The notes: generated by a model from the letters alone, not told the origin. A DNA stretch of 32,346 nt from Octopus bimaculoides (GCF_001194135.2 NC_068985.1:110519541-110551886), one strand, 5' to 3'. Positions 10,516-21,762 are shown, counted from the stretch's first letter. Translations and numbers: made by a program.

Positions 10516-11019
10516 AATATAGACGCATCTATTGTTTTCTCGTTAACTATCATTGTGTATCCTTATCGAATTCGACAAGAAAAGGGATAAAAGTGCTGGA
10601 TAGGCTTAAATGGCAGTGGTATGCAATCAGCATGTGCAGAGGAGCATATAAGTAGGTTGTTAGTGATAGAATAGGAGAAGTGAGAAGAGAGTAAAAATAA
10701 AAAAGTGTATGTGACAGTGGAATGAATATGATACCTTGGGACTGCTCTGTCCAGTCAGAAAGCCAAGCAGACTTCCAGATACCATAAATGGGAAACTCAA
10801 GGCACTCACATACACATTTGTATCTCTTGAGACGAAACCACTAGATGCAAGGAAGTTGAGACTGTATCAGAGTACCAATTCTACGATGGAAATATGCCAA
10901 ATATGAAAGTGAAAGTAGGACCAATAATCAAGAATATGAAAAAGAAAAACATTATAAGCAAAATACAATACTATGGTCTCTCCCACAACTCCCCTAAGAC
11001 TCTTATAAAGATTTAGGAG

Positions 11020-11065
11020 TGTGTGCGTGTGTATGTGTGCATGCACACATATAAGTACACACGCA

Positions 11066-11110
<45 letters not shown>

Positions 11111-11263
11111 CAATGAGTGTATGTGTTTATTTGTATGTATATATGTGTCTCTCTCTTTCTCTTTCTCCACACACACACATGCATATACATATTTTCACAT
11201 ATGTATAGTTATCTGTGCATATCCATATATACGCGCAACACATATACATCTACACACATGTGC

Positions 11264-11315
<52 letters not shown>

Positions 11316-11490
11316 TCATACATACACACACACATACATATATATATATACATATTTGTATGTATGTATATATATTTATATTTATATATCTATATTTATA
11401 CAAACGTATACGTTTATGTATATATATTTATACACATATATAAGTATATACATACATATATATATACACGTGCATATGTACAGATGTCTG
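11020..11490. repeat. (CA)n/(TA)n/(TACA)n low-complexity tract
   Basis: Read directly from the sequence. Confidence 0.9.
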
Positions 11491-12423
11491 TATGGTTGTA
11501 GAGATTAAAAAAGAAGAAACTACAAAAAAAAATATCGTAAGACAACATACGGTGAAAATTCCGTCTTTGGATATAATCTCCTATATTACTTTCTAAATTC
11601 TTTCAAGTTCCTGGCATCGTTGTTTTTATTTTTTTCCTCTCTTTTTCCAATAAATCAATTCAATACTAGATATCTCCCCCCACCACTATTGATGTTATAA
11701 TTTATCATACATTACATTGTCTGCACACTTGAATTACTACGCAAAAGAAAAACATAAAAAACCTTATATAAAAACAAAACAAAAAATAACAAAAAAAAAA
11801 CCCAAAGCAAAATTGAAAACGAATGGGGAAATTGTTGAGAAGGACTCCATGAGACAATAAAATATTGGAAGGGTTCCCAGGGTACCGAAGAAGGCTTAAG
11901 AAGGTGGAAAAGTATTAATAATATTGCAATCAACTGCAAACGCACCGAAAATACTAAAAGTAGCTATAAATTACTGAAATAAAAAGAAATAATTGAGCTT
12001 TTTATGATTTAGACGCAAGGCCAGCAATATGAAAGGATAAAAAAAGGTTTAAAAAAATAATAAAGCGCTTTTCTGAGTCATATANNNNNNNNNNNNNNNN
12101 NNNNNNNNNNNNNNNNNNNNNNNNNNNNNNNNNNNNNNNNNNNNNNNNNNNNNNNNNNNNNNNNNNNNNNNNNNNNNNNNNNNNNNNNNNNNNNNNNNNN
12201 NNNNNNNNNNNNNNNNNNNNNNNNNNNNNNNNNNNNNNNNNNNNNNNNNNNNNNNNNNNNNNNNNNNNNNNNNNNNNNNNNNNNNNNNNNNNNNNNNNNN
12301 NNNNNNNNNNNNNNNNNNNNNNNNNNNNNNNNNNNNNNNNNNNNNNNNNNNNNNNNNNNNNNNNNNNNNNNNNNNNNNNNNNNNNNNNNNNNNNNNNNNN
12401 NNNNNNNNNNNNNNNNNNNNNNN

Positions 12424-12454
<31 letters not shown>

Positions 12455-12457
<3 letters not shown>

Positions 12458-14040
12458 AGAACCGAGCCATACGTTCCTAGAAAACCCCAGATTATGCCTA
12501 AGGACCATAAGTCTAACTTTCTTATTGACCCTTCAGTTAGATTGATTTGTCCTTCTAAATCCGATATAGGCATTGTTAGTGAAAAAATCATTGATAGAGT
12601 ACTACTCACCCTTAAGCCTAAAATTAGATTAGCCCTCTGGTCAGATGCCCAAGTGGTGGTTGGATGGTTTAAGCTTCTAGAAATTAGCAAGAATAGTAAA
12701 TTCTTGCAACTAGATATAGGGAGCAATAAAACCCTGATTTATAGCATGAGTAATTTCGATTTGTCCCGACGCGAAATAGATATAATACTTGCCGCGCAAG
12801 CCACTTTAGTAGATTTTGATGGTAGATTATGGAGTGGATTAGATAGGGAGAATGTCTTTGATATAGCAATGGAGTCATCTGATTCTGCACAGGTCACAGA
12901 CCTAGTCGGAATATATATCCATATCATTAATCCAGTATTCATTTCCGGAAGTAACAGTGGGGTCTATATAGGGATGACGCCCTCTTCTTTCTGGACAGAA
13001 ATAATAAAGTACTATTAGAAAGGCATAAGAAAAATTTCTTTAGACCTTTTAAAAATTTAGGACTACACATTACTACGAGAAAGTATTATCGTAGAATAAA
13101 TTTTCTTGACGCTACCTTCTGTCTTAATACAGGATTACTTGAACCATTTCATAAGCTAAACCATCATATTAAGTACATAAAATGTAGCATCCAATCATCC
13201 ACCCTCAATAATACGGGGATTAGTTAAGAATATTTCAACAAGAATTTCTAGATTATCCGCTAATATACTTCCCGAATCACATACAGCTTATCATAATGCT
13301 ACTTTAGCTAGGGCTGGGTAATGTGAGAAAATTCAATATATACAAGAAGCAAGCATACACAACTCTGTTAATTCCGCCAATAATAATAATACACAATGCA
13401 ATGAGAATGAATTTGAGTAACTGCTAACATAACCTCCCCATTCACAACGTCACTCTGCTCGAGAATACAGGCAAGGAAGAATTGGTCAAGGCAATAAACT
13501 GCCAACGAAAACTCATAGACATGCGCGACACAATAATCCAACTGCTCATAACACTGTAAATTGTTCCAATCCTGTACAACACACTAGATCAAATAAGCCA
13601 AACAACGGATTTAGGAATCAGGATGTCCTCTGGTTCAACCCAATTTTCGGTTCGCATGTTTCGACCAAGATCGCTGAAAGACCTTTTGCCACTTTGGACA
13701 AATGTTTTCCTAAATCTAATAGGTACCATGCTATTTTTAATCGGCACACTGTGAAGGTACCCTACGCTAACTGTGCAAATTCAGAGCAGCATATGCACCG
13801 CATAAATAATAGTATAATGCACTGCAGTTCAATAACCCGACTACTGGATCTAGTGAACATACGCATCTACATACCATTGTTTTTTCTCTTTCCATCTGCT
13901 TTCTCTCCTCTTTCTTTTCTGTAGAAGAGCACAGGCTCGAAACGTCAAAGACTTCTGCCATTTCCCCTGAGTTTCAAACTAATAGATCTTGTTTGTTGAT
14001 TCCGTTCCTGTTTTCGTCTTTTGTTTCCTGTTTTGTTTTT
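12455..14040 (+). mobile_element. Penelope-like element remnant: pseudogenised reverse transcriptase, no GIY-YIG domain, 3' pLTR-like segment
   Basis: KDHKSNF..PSVRLICPSKSDIG...WFK...FLQLDI; FDIAM.S.DSAQVTDLVGIY; GLYRDDAL at 12961-12984 after a frameshift; INFLDATF...SNHPPSII; WFNP...DKCFP...IFNRHTVKV.Y. Several stops and frameshifts. Confidence 0.85.
13913..13951 (+). ncRNA. Degenerate minimal hammerhead-like motif in the PLE 3' region
   Basis: The core reads CUGUAGA instead of CUGANGA. Stem II GAGC/GCUC with an ACAG loop, GAAA, palindromic ACGU stem III, and GUC triplet at 13944-13946. Short U-rich/A-rich stem I. Confidence 0.4.
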
Positions 14041-14110
14041 GTATCATTTGGAACCATATATATATATATGTATAATTATGCACGCACGTATATAAATCAT
14101 ACCTAATCCC

Positions 14111-14153
<43 letters not shown>

Positions 14154-14210
14154 AAATGGGTACGTGTGTGTGTGTGTATGTATGTGTGTGTAAGTCAATA
14201 TTTTTTAACA

Positions 14211-14335
14211 CTTTTATTTGTTTCAGTCATTCGACTCCAGGACTTATTCTTTGTAAGCCTAGTACTTATTCTATCGGTTTCCTTTGCCGAACCGCTAAGT
14301 TACAGAGACATAAACCACCAACATCGCTTGTCAAG
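14211..14335 (-). mobile_element. SINE-like family 2, minus-strand copy
   Basis: Homology to 8681-8865. Joined head-to-head to a plus-strand copy. Confidence 0.75.
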
Positions 14336-14447
14336 TCCTGGGGTCGATTTGTTCGATTAAAAGGCGGTGCCCCAGCATGGCCTCAGTCAAATAACTGAAA
14401 CCAGTAAAAGAATAAAAGAATAAAAGAATAAAAGAATAAAAGAATAA
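14333..14447 (+). mobile_element. SINE-like family 2, 3' part with (AAAAGAAT)n tail
   Basis: aagtcctggggtcgatttgttcga...ggcggtgccccagcatggcc...actgaaa followed by an AAAAGAAT repeat tail. Confidence 0.8.
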
Positions 14448-14983
14448 TACGTATTTATATGTATAAATATGTATATATGCATGTGTGCGTGTGTGTATAT
14501 ATGTATNNNNNNNNNNNNNNNNNNNNNNNNNNNNNNNNNNNNNNNNNNNNNNNNNNNNNNNNNNNNNNNNNNNNNNNNNNNNNNNNNNNNNNNNNNNNNN
14601 NNNNNNNNNNNNNNNNNNNNNNNNNNNNNNNNNNNNNNNNNNNNNNNNNNNNNNNNNNNNNNNNNNNNNNNNNNNNNNNNNNNNNNNNNNNNNNNNNNNN
14701 NNNNNNNNNNNNNNNNNNNNNNNNNNNNNNNNNNNNNNNNNNNNNNNNNNNNNNNNNNNNNNNNNNNNNNNNNNNNNNNNNNNNNNNNNNNNNNNNNNNN
14801 NNNNNNNNNNNNNNNNNNNNNNNNNNNNNNNNNNNNNNNNNNNNNNNNNNNNNNNNNNNNNNNNNNNNNNNNNNNNNNNNNNNNNNNNNNNNNNNNNNNN
14901 NNNNNNNNNNNNNNNNNNNNNNNNNNNNNNNNNNNNNNNNNNNNNNNNNNNNNNNNNNNNNNNNNNNNNNNNNNNNNNNNNNN

Positions 14984-15035
<52 letters not shown>

Positions 15036-15259
15036 CTTCATTGCCATTCGCTCCAAATTCTACTCCGCTTCGTTTCTCTCTACGATTTCGTTCAAGTTTC
15101 CCCTCTTTACTACAAGATAGCCTGACATGTCGCTTTTTATCGTCTGTTTGGTCACAGAGGTTATCTGCTGAGTTTTAGCAACGCGTGCACGGCTTCTCCT
15201 AATATCAACAGCTGCTTGTGACATGCGAACCTTTATGTCAGAATTAAGCTATTGAACAT

Positions 15260-15408
15260 AAACGTATAAGTGATTGTGGAAGCTTGGTAGAGGTTAAAAC
15301 AAGGTTGCAAATTGTAAATTCACCAGTAGCGAAACCTTGTACACGACTACTACCTCTTCGAGTACCACAATAAGAACAGCAACAACAACAAACATTACCA
15401 TTGAAGCA
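15260..15408 (+). repeat. About 150-bp dispersed repeat, copy 1 (unclassified)
   Basis: Aligns along its full length to the reverse complement of 18141-18292. Confidence 0.9.
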
Positions 15409-15449
15409 TTTTTTTGTTAGGAAAAAAGAATCTTGCACAGTTTAAGAAG

Positions 15450-15579
15450 CACCAAAAAAATCCAAGAAAACATACACATACACACGCATACGCACACACA
15501 CTCACATACAAATGCACGCGTGCACACAGACATAGACACACACACACACACACATACACACACACACACACAAACACAA

Positions 15580-15610
<31 letters not shown>

Positions 15611-16005
15611 CACAAGAACGTATAAAACACCTACGCATGTGTCTATATATATGTGTGTGTATACGTGTGGCTGTGTATGTATGTGTGTGCTTATAAGCAT
15701 GTATGCATGTATGTATGTATGTATGTATGTATGTAGGTTTTTAGCTATCTCTCTATCTATCTATGTATCTATCTGTCTGTCTGTGTGTATACGTGTATTT
15801 ATATATGTACGTATAAATATATATACATGTATGTGTGTTTGTGTATGACTGTATAGTTATGTAAATGCATGTGTATATATATGCGTAGATATGCATATAT
15901 GCATATGCATACATTCATATACACATACATATGTATGCGTGTATATAAATACATATGAATGTATATATATTATACATATAAAGTTTATACATACACGTTT
16001 GTTCA

Positions 16006-16054
<49 letters not shown>

Positions 16055-16371
16055 NNNNNNNNNNNNNNNNNNNNNNNNNNNNNNNNNNNNNNNNNNNNNN
16101 NNNNNNNNNNNNNNNNNNNNNNNNNNNNNNNNNNNNNNNNNNNNNNNNNNNNNNNNNNNNNNNNNNNNNNNNNNNNNNNNNNNNNNNNNNNNNNNNNNNN
16201 NNNNNNNNNNNNNNNNNNNNNNNNNNNNNNNNNNNNNNNNNNNNNNNNNNNNNNNNNNNNNNNNNNNNNNNNNNNNNNNNNNNNNNNNNNNNNNNNNNNN
16301 NNNNNNNNNNNNNNNNNNNNNNNNNNNNNNNNNNNNNNNNNNNNNNNNNNNNNNNNNNNNNNNNNNNNNNN

Positions 16372-16403
<32 letters not shown>

Positions 16404-16649
16404 GAATGTATATATATCATACATATACAAACATGCATGTACAATATGTATATATATTCAATATATATCATATATGTGTATGTATATATGTATATCCATC
16501 TATAAAATAATGCCACTTAAAACAGTCCTAGTTTCCATCACGTTAGAATTTGTCGAATACAAATGCGCGCGGGTGTACACACAGATACACACACATATAA
16601 AACTGAATAGACTCACACTCACACACACAAACACACACACACACGCATG

Positions 16650-16684
<35 letters not shown>

Positions 16685-16850
16685 GTTTTTACACACATAG
16701 TACGCTATCTATAAATACCTCTGGTTATTAATGTGTATATATATATATATGAATGTATGTTTGTATGTATGTATGTATGTATGTGTGTATGTATGTATGT
16801 ACGTATGTGTGTATGTGTGCATGTACGTACACATACACACACACGGACAT
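15450..16850. repeat. (CA)n/(TATG)n/(TA)n low-complexity tract (includes the 16055-16371 gap)
   Basis: Read directly from the sequence. Confidence 0.9.
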
Positions 16851-17159
16851 ACACACGCATAAAAGCATATCGTTGATTTCATTTCTTTCTTCCTCCGCTG
16901 TCAATTCGACGACCGACCGCTGCTGTCATCCATGATGATACCCGTGTGCTTTATCACGGAATGTTCACGAGCAAATACAACAATAGTTTTTTTTTCGGTT
17001 GCTTTCCTTGCGGTATTTTCGTTACAGAACAACATCTTCTCAGTTAGATACAGACAAGCTTACTGCCACACTTGGCTGCGTAATCAGAACAGAAAGGAAA
17101 TGAAAAGGAAAATATATTGAAAAGAATTTTTATTCAATATTATAACAATTCCAATAGTC

Positions 17160-17330
17160 TACCGCAGTTGTCTGGGATTTTACTATAATGATTTCGAAGG
17201 ATAAAAAGAAGGACCGACTGCTGCAAGATTTGAACCCAGTTCATAACGATCGGGAACTAGTAGGATAAACCATTTTGTGCGACGACCTAATTGTTCTGCC
17301 AATTCAACATTTGCTCCCATTTCCAGAGTA
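17160..17330 (-). mobile_element. Highly diverged tRNA-derived SINE head
   Basis: Minus strand has an A-box-like TGGCAGAACAATT and a B-box-like GGGTTCAAATC, resembling family 3. Confidence 0.4.
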
Positions 17331-17596
17331 CTTTATAACGTTCAAAATTCTAATCATTGAATAATATATACAGGGGTTGGACAAAATAATGGAAACAGCT
17401 TAAAATTTCAAATTTATTTTAATATGGTGTAGGACCGCCTTTGGCAGTAATTACAGCTTGAATTCTACGAGGTATGGACTCGTACAAAGTTTGAATTGTT
17501 TCCAAAGGAATTTTTGTCCATTCTTCAGCTAAATCAGTCTCCAGTTCTTGTAGTGATGATGATGGTGGAGGATATCGACTCCTTACTTGTTTTTCT

Positions 17597-17985
17597 GTGG
17601 AGGCGCAATGGCCCAGTGGTTAGGGCAGCAGATTCGCAGTCGTAGGATCGCGGTTTCGATTCCCAGACCGGGCGTTGTGAGTGTTTATTGAGCGAAAACA
17701 CCTAAAGCTCCACGAGGCTCCGGCAGGGGTTGGTGGCGAACCCTGCTGTACTCTTTTCACCATAACTTTCTTTCACTCTATCTTCCTGTTTCTGTTGTAC
17801 CTGTATTTCAAAGGGCCAGCCTTGTCGCACTCTGTGTCACGCTGAATCTCCCCCGAGAACTACGTTAAGGGTACACGTGTCTGTGGAGTGCTCAGCCACC
17901 GGCACGTTAATTTCACGAGCACGCTGTTCCGTTGACCAGATCAACTGGAACCCTCGTCGTCGTAACCGACGGAGTGCCAACAACA
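17597..17985 (+). mobile_element. Full-length tRNA-derived SINE (family 4) with (AAC)n tail and 12-bp TSD
   Basis: A box TGGCCCAGTGG and B box GGTTTCGATTCC. TSD ACTTGTTTTTCT at 17585-17596 and 17986-17997. Inserted in the Tc1 transposase after ...LEKQV. Confidence 0.9.
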
Positions 17986-18143
17986 ACTTGTTTTTCTAAA
18001 ATGCACCATAAATGCTCAATAATATTGAGATCTGGGGACTGTGGTGGCCAGATAAGATGATCAACTTCACTATAATGTTCCACGTGCCGTTCAGTAACAA
18101 CTTTAGCTGTGTGAATTGGTGTATTATCATCCTGAAAGTTTGC

Positions 18144-18288
18144 CTCAATGGTAATGTTTCTTGTTGTTGCTATTGCTGTTCTTGTAGTGCTCGAAGAGGT
18201 AGTAGTCGTGTACAAGGTTTCGCTACTGGTGAATCTACAATTTGCAACCTTGTTTTAACCTCTACCAAGCTTCCACGATCACTTATAC
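18144..18288 (-). repeat. 145-bp insertion in the Tc1 transposase, copy 2 of the dispersed repeat
   Basis: Interrupts ...FPEGN|ANFQDDN... On the minus strand it begins GTATAAGT and ends CATTGAG. Confidence 0.85.
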
Positions 18289-19130
18289 GTTTCCCTCTGG
18301 AAACAGTTCCACAACCATAGGAAGAATTTGATCAGATAAAATGCTTAAATAGTCTTGACTATTAATTCTGCCGTGAAAGGAAGCCATAAGGCCGGCAGAT
18401 TTCCAAGATATAGCCCCCCACCCCCAATCACCACAGATCCTCCTCCATATTTAACTACTGGAAGAAGGCAGTCTGGGTCAAATGCTCCTTTTGGCTGTCT
18501 CCACACGTAAAGTCAGCTGGTGGTCGGAAATAAGGTAAAGAATGACTCGTCTGAGAAAATAACATTCTTCCAGTGGTCGAGGGACCAATTCAGTAGGTAT
18601 TTTTCTTCACTCTAAACGCTTTGCATCGTTTGTTTTTGAAAGTAGTGGTTCTCTGATTACAGCACTCCCGTGAAATCCGGCTTTGTGCAGCTCCCAGCGA
18701 GCAGTTTTTGTGGAAACTGGGTTTTTGAGGTGGTCATTAAGATCACTATCCGAAAGTTTTGGCTTTCTTCTGGAGTTTTTTTTTTTCGACGAGGAGGTTT
18801 TTTTCTCTTTCTCAAAGGCTATCATTACTTTCGAGACAGTACTTCTTGATACACCAAGCATTTCAGCTATTTTCGATACGCTAGCGCCTGCCATACGAGC
18901 ACCAACAATTCGACCTCTCTGAAAGTTCGATAGATCTGTAATTTTAATGAACTTTAATTACCTTTTTCTGATGATATCTGAAAAGAAACAGCAATTTTAG
19001 CAAAACATATTAAGCAACACTAATAATAAATCAAAAGAACACAAATAAACAAGCTTTTGGCGGTTTTATAGATATTTCAAGACTATGATGCTGGGTGTTT
19101 CCATTATTTTATCCAACCCCTACACATACA

Positions 19131-20523
19131 CAGACATACCTCATCCTACGTCGTTAATTGGTTCCAGGAGACACGACTTAAGTCGAAAAAGGACGTAAGT
19201 CGAATTAACTTGTCTCTATGCTAGGCTACGCCGAATTTACTTGTCACTAGGCTAAACCGATAATAACCATTTCCAGTTCTGTACTTTATTTATGAATGCA
19301 TTTGCAATAATACATGGTTAATAAAAACCCATAAATAATATTTTTTTAAATACAATACAGTAAAAAAAAAGTAATCTAAATTTACGGATACAATTTGGCT
19401 GTGTTTACCGTACACCGCAGACGCTTTATTTATGAACGCGGTTTGTAATAAGACTTGGTACAATAAAAGTATTTTTTAAGCTTAAAAAAACAAATTCAGT
19501 AATTATTATTATTTTGCAATGATAAAAAAAAAAAGACTAAACTATTTTAAATTTACCAATACGTACATACAGTTTGGTGGTTTACAATGTGGATGTAGAT
19601 GGCTGTGAATCGACAACAGCTAATTCTGGCTGTTCTTGTTGTTCGATGCACTTAAAAAACCGATTGAGAGTTCCTCGAACTGTCTTCTTCTTTTCCTCAA
19701 GAATTACATTTTAAGAAGCAAAAGCTTCATGACAAGCTCCCCGTATCCTTAGAAAAGTGTTGTGCATTTGGATCCATATCCTCGAACATAGAAAGACCTT
19801 TTTCGATATATGCAAATGTTTGCTGCATTTTCATAATGGTGAAGTGATGTGTCTCAGGGTCGACTTCCGCTTCTTCTTTATTTTACTGCTCGTGAAGTTC
19901 TATCAAATCCTCGTTCGTTAGGGGCTGCTTGCCTTTTTCAAATAAATCTGTGAAATCCTCCTCCTCCAAATCCATTTCCAGTTCTTTGCTCGTAGTCACC
20001 AACGTTTATCAAACCCCTTAAAATCATTCTCGAGTTGCGGGCAAAGCTTCTTCCATGCACCATTCATAGCCGTGCTCTGTACATCATTCTACGCCGCTGC
20101 TATTTTCTGTACAGCCTTGTAGATATCGTATCTCTTCCAAAAGTCACGAAGTCTGATGGACTCTAAGATCAGTTGCAGCTATTGCTTGCCGCAGCGTACG
20201 CTTCATATAGTAACGCTTGAAGATAGCAATTATTCCTTGATCCATTGGCTGCNNNNNNNNNNNNNNNNNNNNNNNNNNNNNNNNNNNNNNNNNNNNNNNN
20301 NNNNNNNNNNNNNNNNNNNNNNNNNNNNNNNNNNNNNNNNNNNNNNNNNNNNNNNNNNNNNNNNNNNNNNNNNNNNNNNNNNNNNNNNNNNNNNNNNNNN
20401 NNNNNNNNNNNNNNNNNNNNNNNNNNNNNNNNNNNNNNNNNNNNNNNNNNNNNNNNNNNNNNNNNNNNNNNNNNNNNNNNNNNNNNNNNNNNNNNNNNNN
20501 NNNGAGAGAGAGAGAGAGAGGGA

Positions 20524-20562
<39 letters not shown>

Positions 20563-21080
20563 GTCTTGGGTATGTTCTTCAGGGAACGGGGGCTGGGTGC
20601 ATGATACACAAGCGATGGCTTTAACTTAAAATCTTCTGCACAGTTACCTCCCAACATAATGGTCAGACGTTCTTTTGAGACCTTGTAGCCTGGAATAGTT
20701 TTCTCATACTTAGAAACGAACGAACAGTCTGGCAATTTTTTCCAATACAATCCAGTTTCATTTACGTTAAAAATCTGTTCGGGAAGAAACCTGTTTTCTT
20801 CGATGATTTTCTTTAATACATTAGGAAATTCCGCTGCTGCTTGTTCGTCAGCTGATGCGCTTTCACCTTGCTTCTTAATGGAATGATAACTTCTTAGCTC
20901 CTTAAATCTCATGAACCATCCTTGACTTGCCTTGAACTCTACATCTTTCTCACGCAGATATGTTTTCTTCAGGTCCTCAAACAAAGACAACGTTTTCTCT
21001 TAAATGATTTCATGGCTAATAGTAGCATGATGACGGTTCAACCTAACAATCCAAAAAGAATGAAGACTTTCCATTTCTTC
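19131..21080 (-). mobile_element. Tigger/pogo-family DNA transposon, truncated at its 5' end, with transposase pseudogene
   Basis: Tigger-like TIR CAGACATACCTC at 19131. Minus strand reads FKASQGWFMRFK...GESASAD...EQIFNVNETGLYWKK...KERLTIMLGGN and, past the gap, QPMDQGIIAIFKRYY...WKKLCP. The first catalytic D appears as N. (GA)n at 20504-20561 and the gap at 20253-20503 interrupt it. Confidence 0.9.
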
Positions 21081-21087
21081 AAAGGTG

Positions 21088-21245
21088 AATATCCTACTAT
21101 ATTTTTATTATTAAACGTTGTTAAGAATTGTATAAGAAAAATTGTTAAAATATTAAGGAAGTATACAATAGAAATGTATTATAGATGTATAAACGATTTC
21201 TTGCACATACGTTTTAACAACAAAATCTTATATGGAGTCCTAGAG
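21088..21245 (+). mobile_element. Internal fragment of the hAT-type MITE family seen at 30397-30636
   Basis: atcctactatattt...ttaagaattgtataagaaaa...ttaacaacaaaatcttatatg is shared with 30493-30616. Confidence 0.6.
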
Positions 21246-21247
21246 TA

Positions 21248-21467
21248 TAATAATTCTTTCTACTATAGGCACAAGGCTTGAAATTTTAGCAGAAGGGACT
21301 AGTTGATAATATCAACCGGAGTGTTCAACCTGTACATATTTTATCGTCCTCGAAATGATGGAGGGCAAAATCGACCTTGGCGGAATTTAAACTCAAAAAG
21401 TAAAGACAGATGGAATGCCGCTAAACATTTTGCCCAGCGTGCTAACGGTTCTGTCAGCTCACCTCCT
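21248..21467 (-). mobile_element. tRNA-derived SINE, family 3, copy A
   Basis: Minus strand has the head GAGCTGACAGAACCGTTAGCACGC and B-box-like GAGTTTAAATTCC, with an (ATT)n tail. Homologous to copies B-E. Confidence 0.8.
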
Positions 21468-21475
21468 TAAATTGT

Positions 21476-21681
21476 AATAATAATCCTTTCTGTTATAGGC
21501 TCAAGGTTTGAAATTTGGGGGAAGGGGATAGACGATTACACCGACCCCAGTACTCAACTGGTACTTAATTTATCGATCTCGAAGGTCGCCCTCGAAGGAG
21601 TTTGATCTCAGAACATAAAGGCGGACGATATGCCGCTACGCATTTTGCTCGGCGTGCTAACTATTCTGTCAGCTCACCGCC
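21476..21681 (-). mobile_element. tRNA-derived SINE, family 3, copy B (tandem with A)
   Basis: Aligns with 21248-21467. Confidence 0.8.
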
Positions 21682-21684
21682 ATA

Positions 21685-21688
21685 ACTA

Positions 21689-21762
<74 letters not shown>

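Larger units (their letters stand above)
17419..18942 (-). pseudogene. Tc1 transposase pseudogene
   Basis: DLSNFQRGRIVGARMAGASVSKIAEMLGVSRSTVSKV; WKNVIFSDESFFTL; VKYGGGSVV; FQDDNTPIH...WPPQSPDLNIIEHLW; YESIPRRIQAVITAKGGPTPY*. It has an internal stop, frameshifts and two insertions. Confidence 0.9.
17371..19122 (-). mobile_element. Full-length Tc1-family DNA transposon (DD36E spacing) carrying two insertions
   Basis: 27-bp TIRs: CAGGGGTTGGACAAAATAATGGAAACA at 17371 after TA, and the inverted copy at 19096-19122 with the terminal base and TA altered. Transposase remnants lie between them. Confidence 0.92.

Noticed and set aside
11712-11990. Possible decayed LINE C-terminus or ORF in an A-rich region
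   Set aside because: No convincing conserved motif in any frame.
17016-17120. Acceptor-like TTTTCGTTACAG with a downstream short open frame as a host exon
   Set aside because: The donor is weak and the peptide is unrecognisable. Such signals are expected by chance in AT-rich DNA.
18968-18992. CUGAUGA...GAAAC as another hammerhead
   Set aside because: No stem II or stem III pairing, and it lies in the Tc1 5' region. Minus-strand CUGANGA hits at 156-162, 527-533 and 1151-1157 also lacked a properly placed GAAA and stems.
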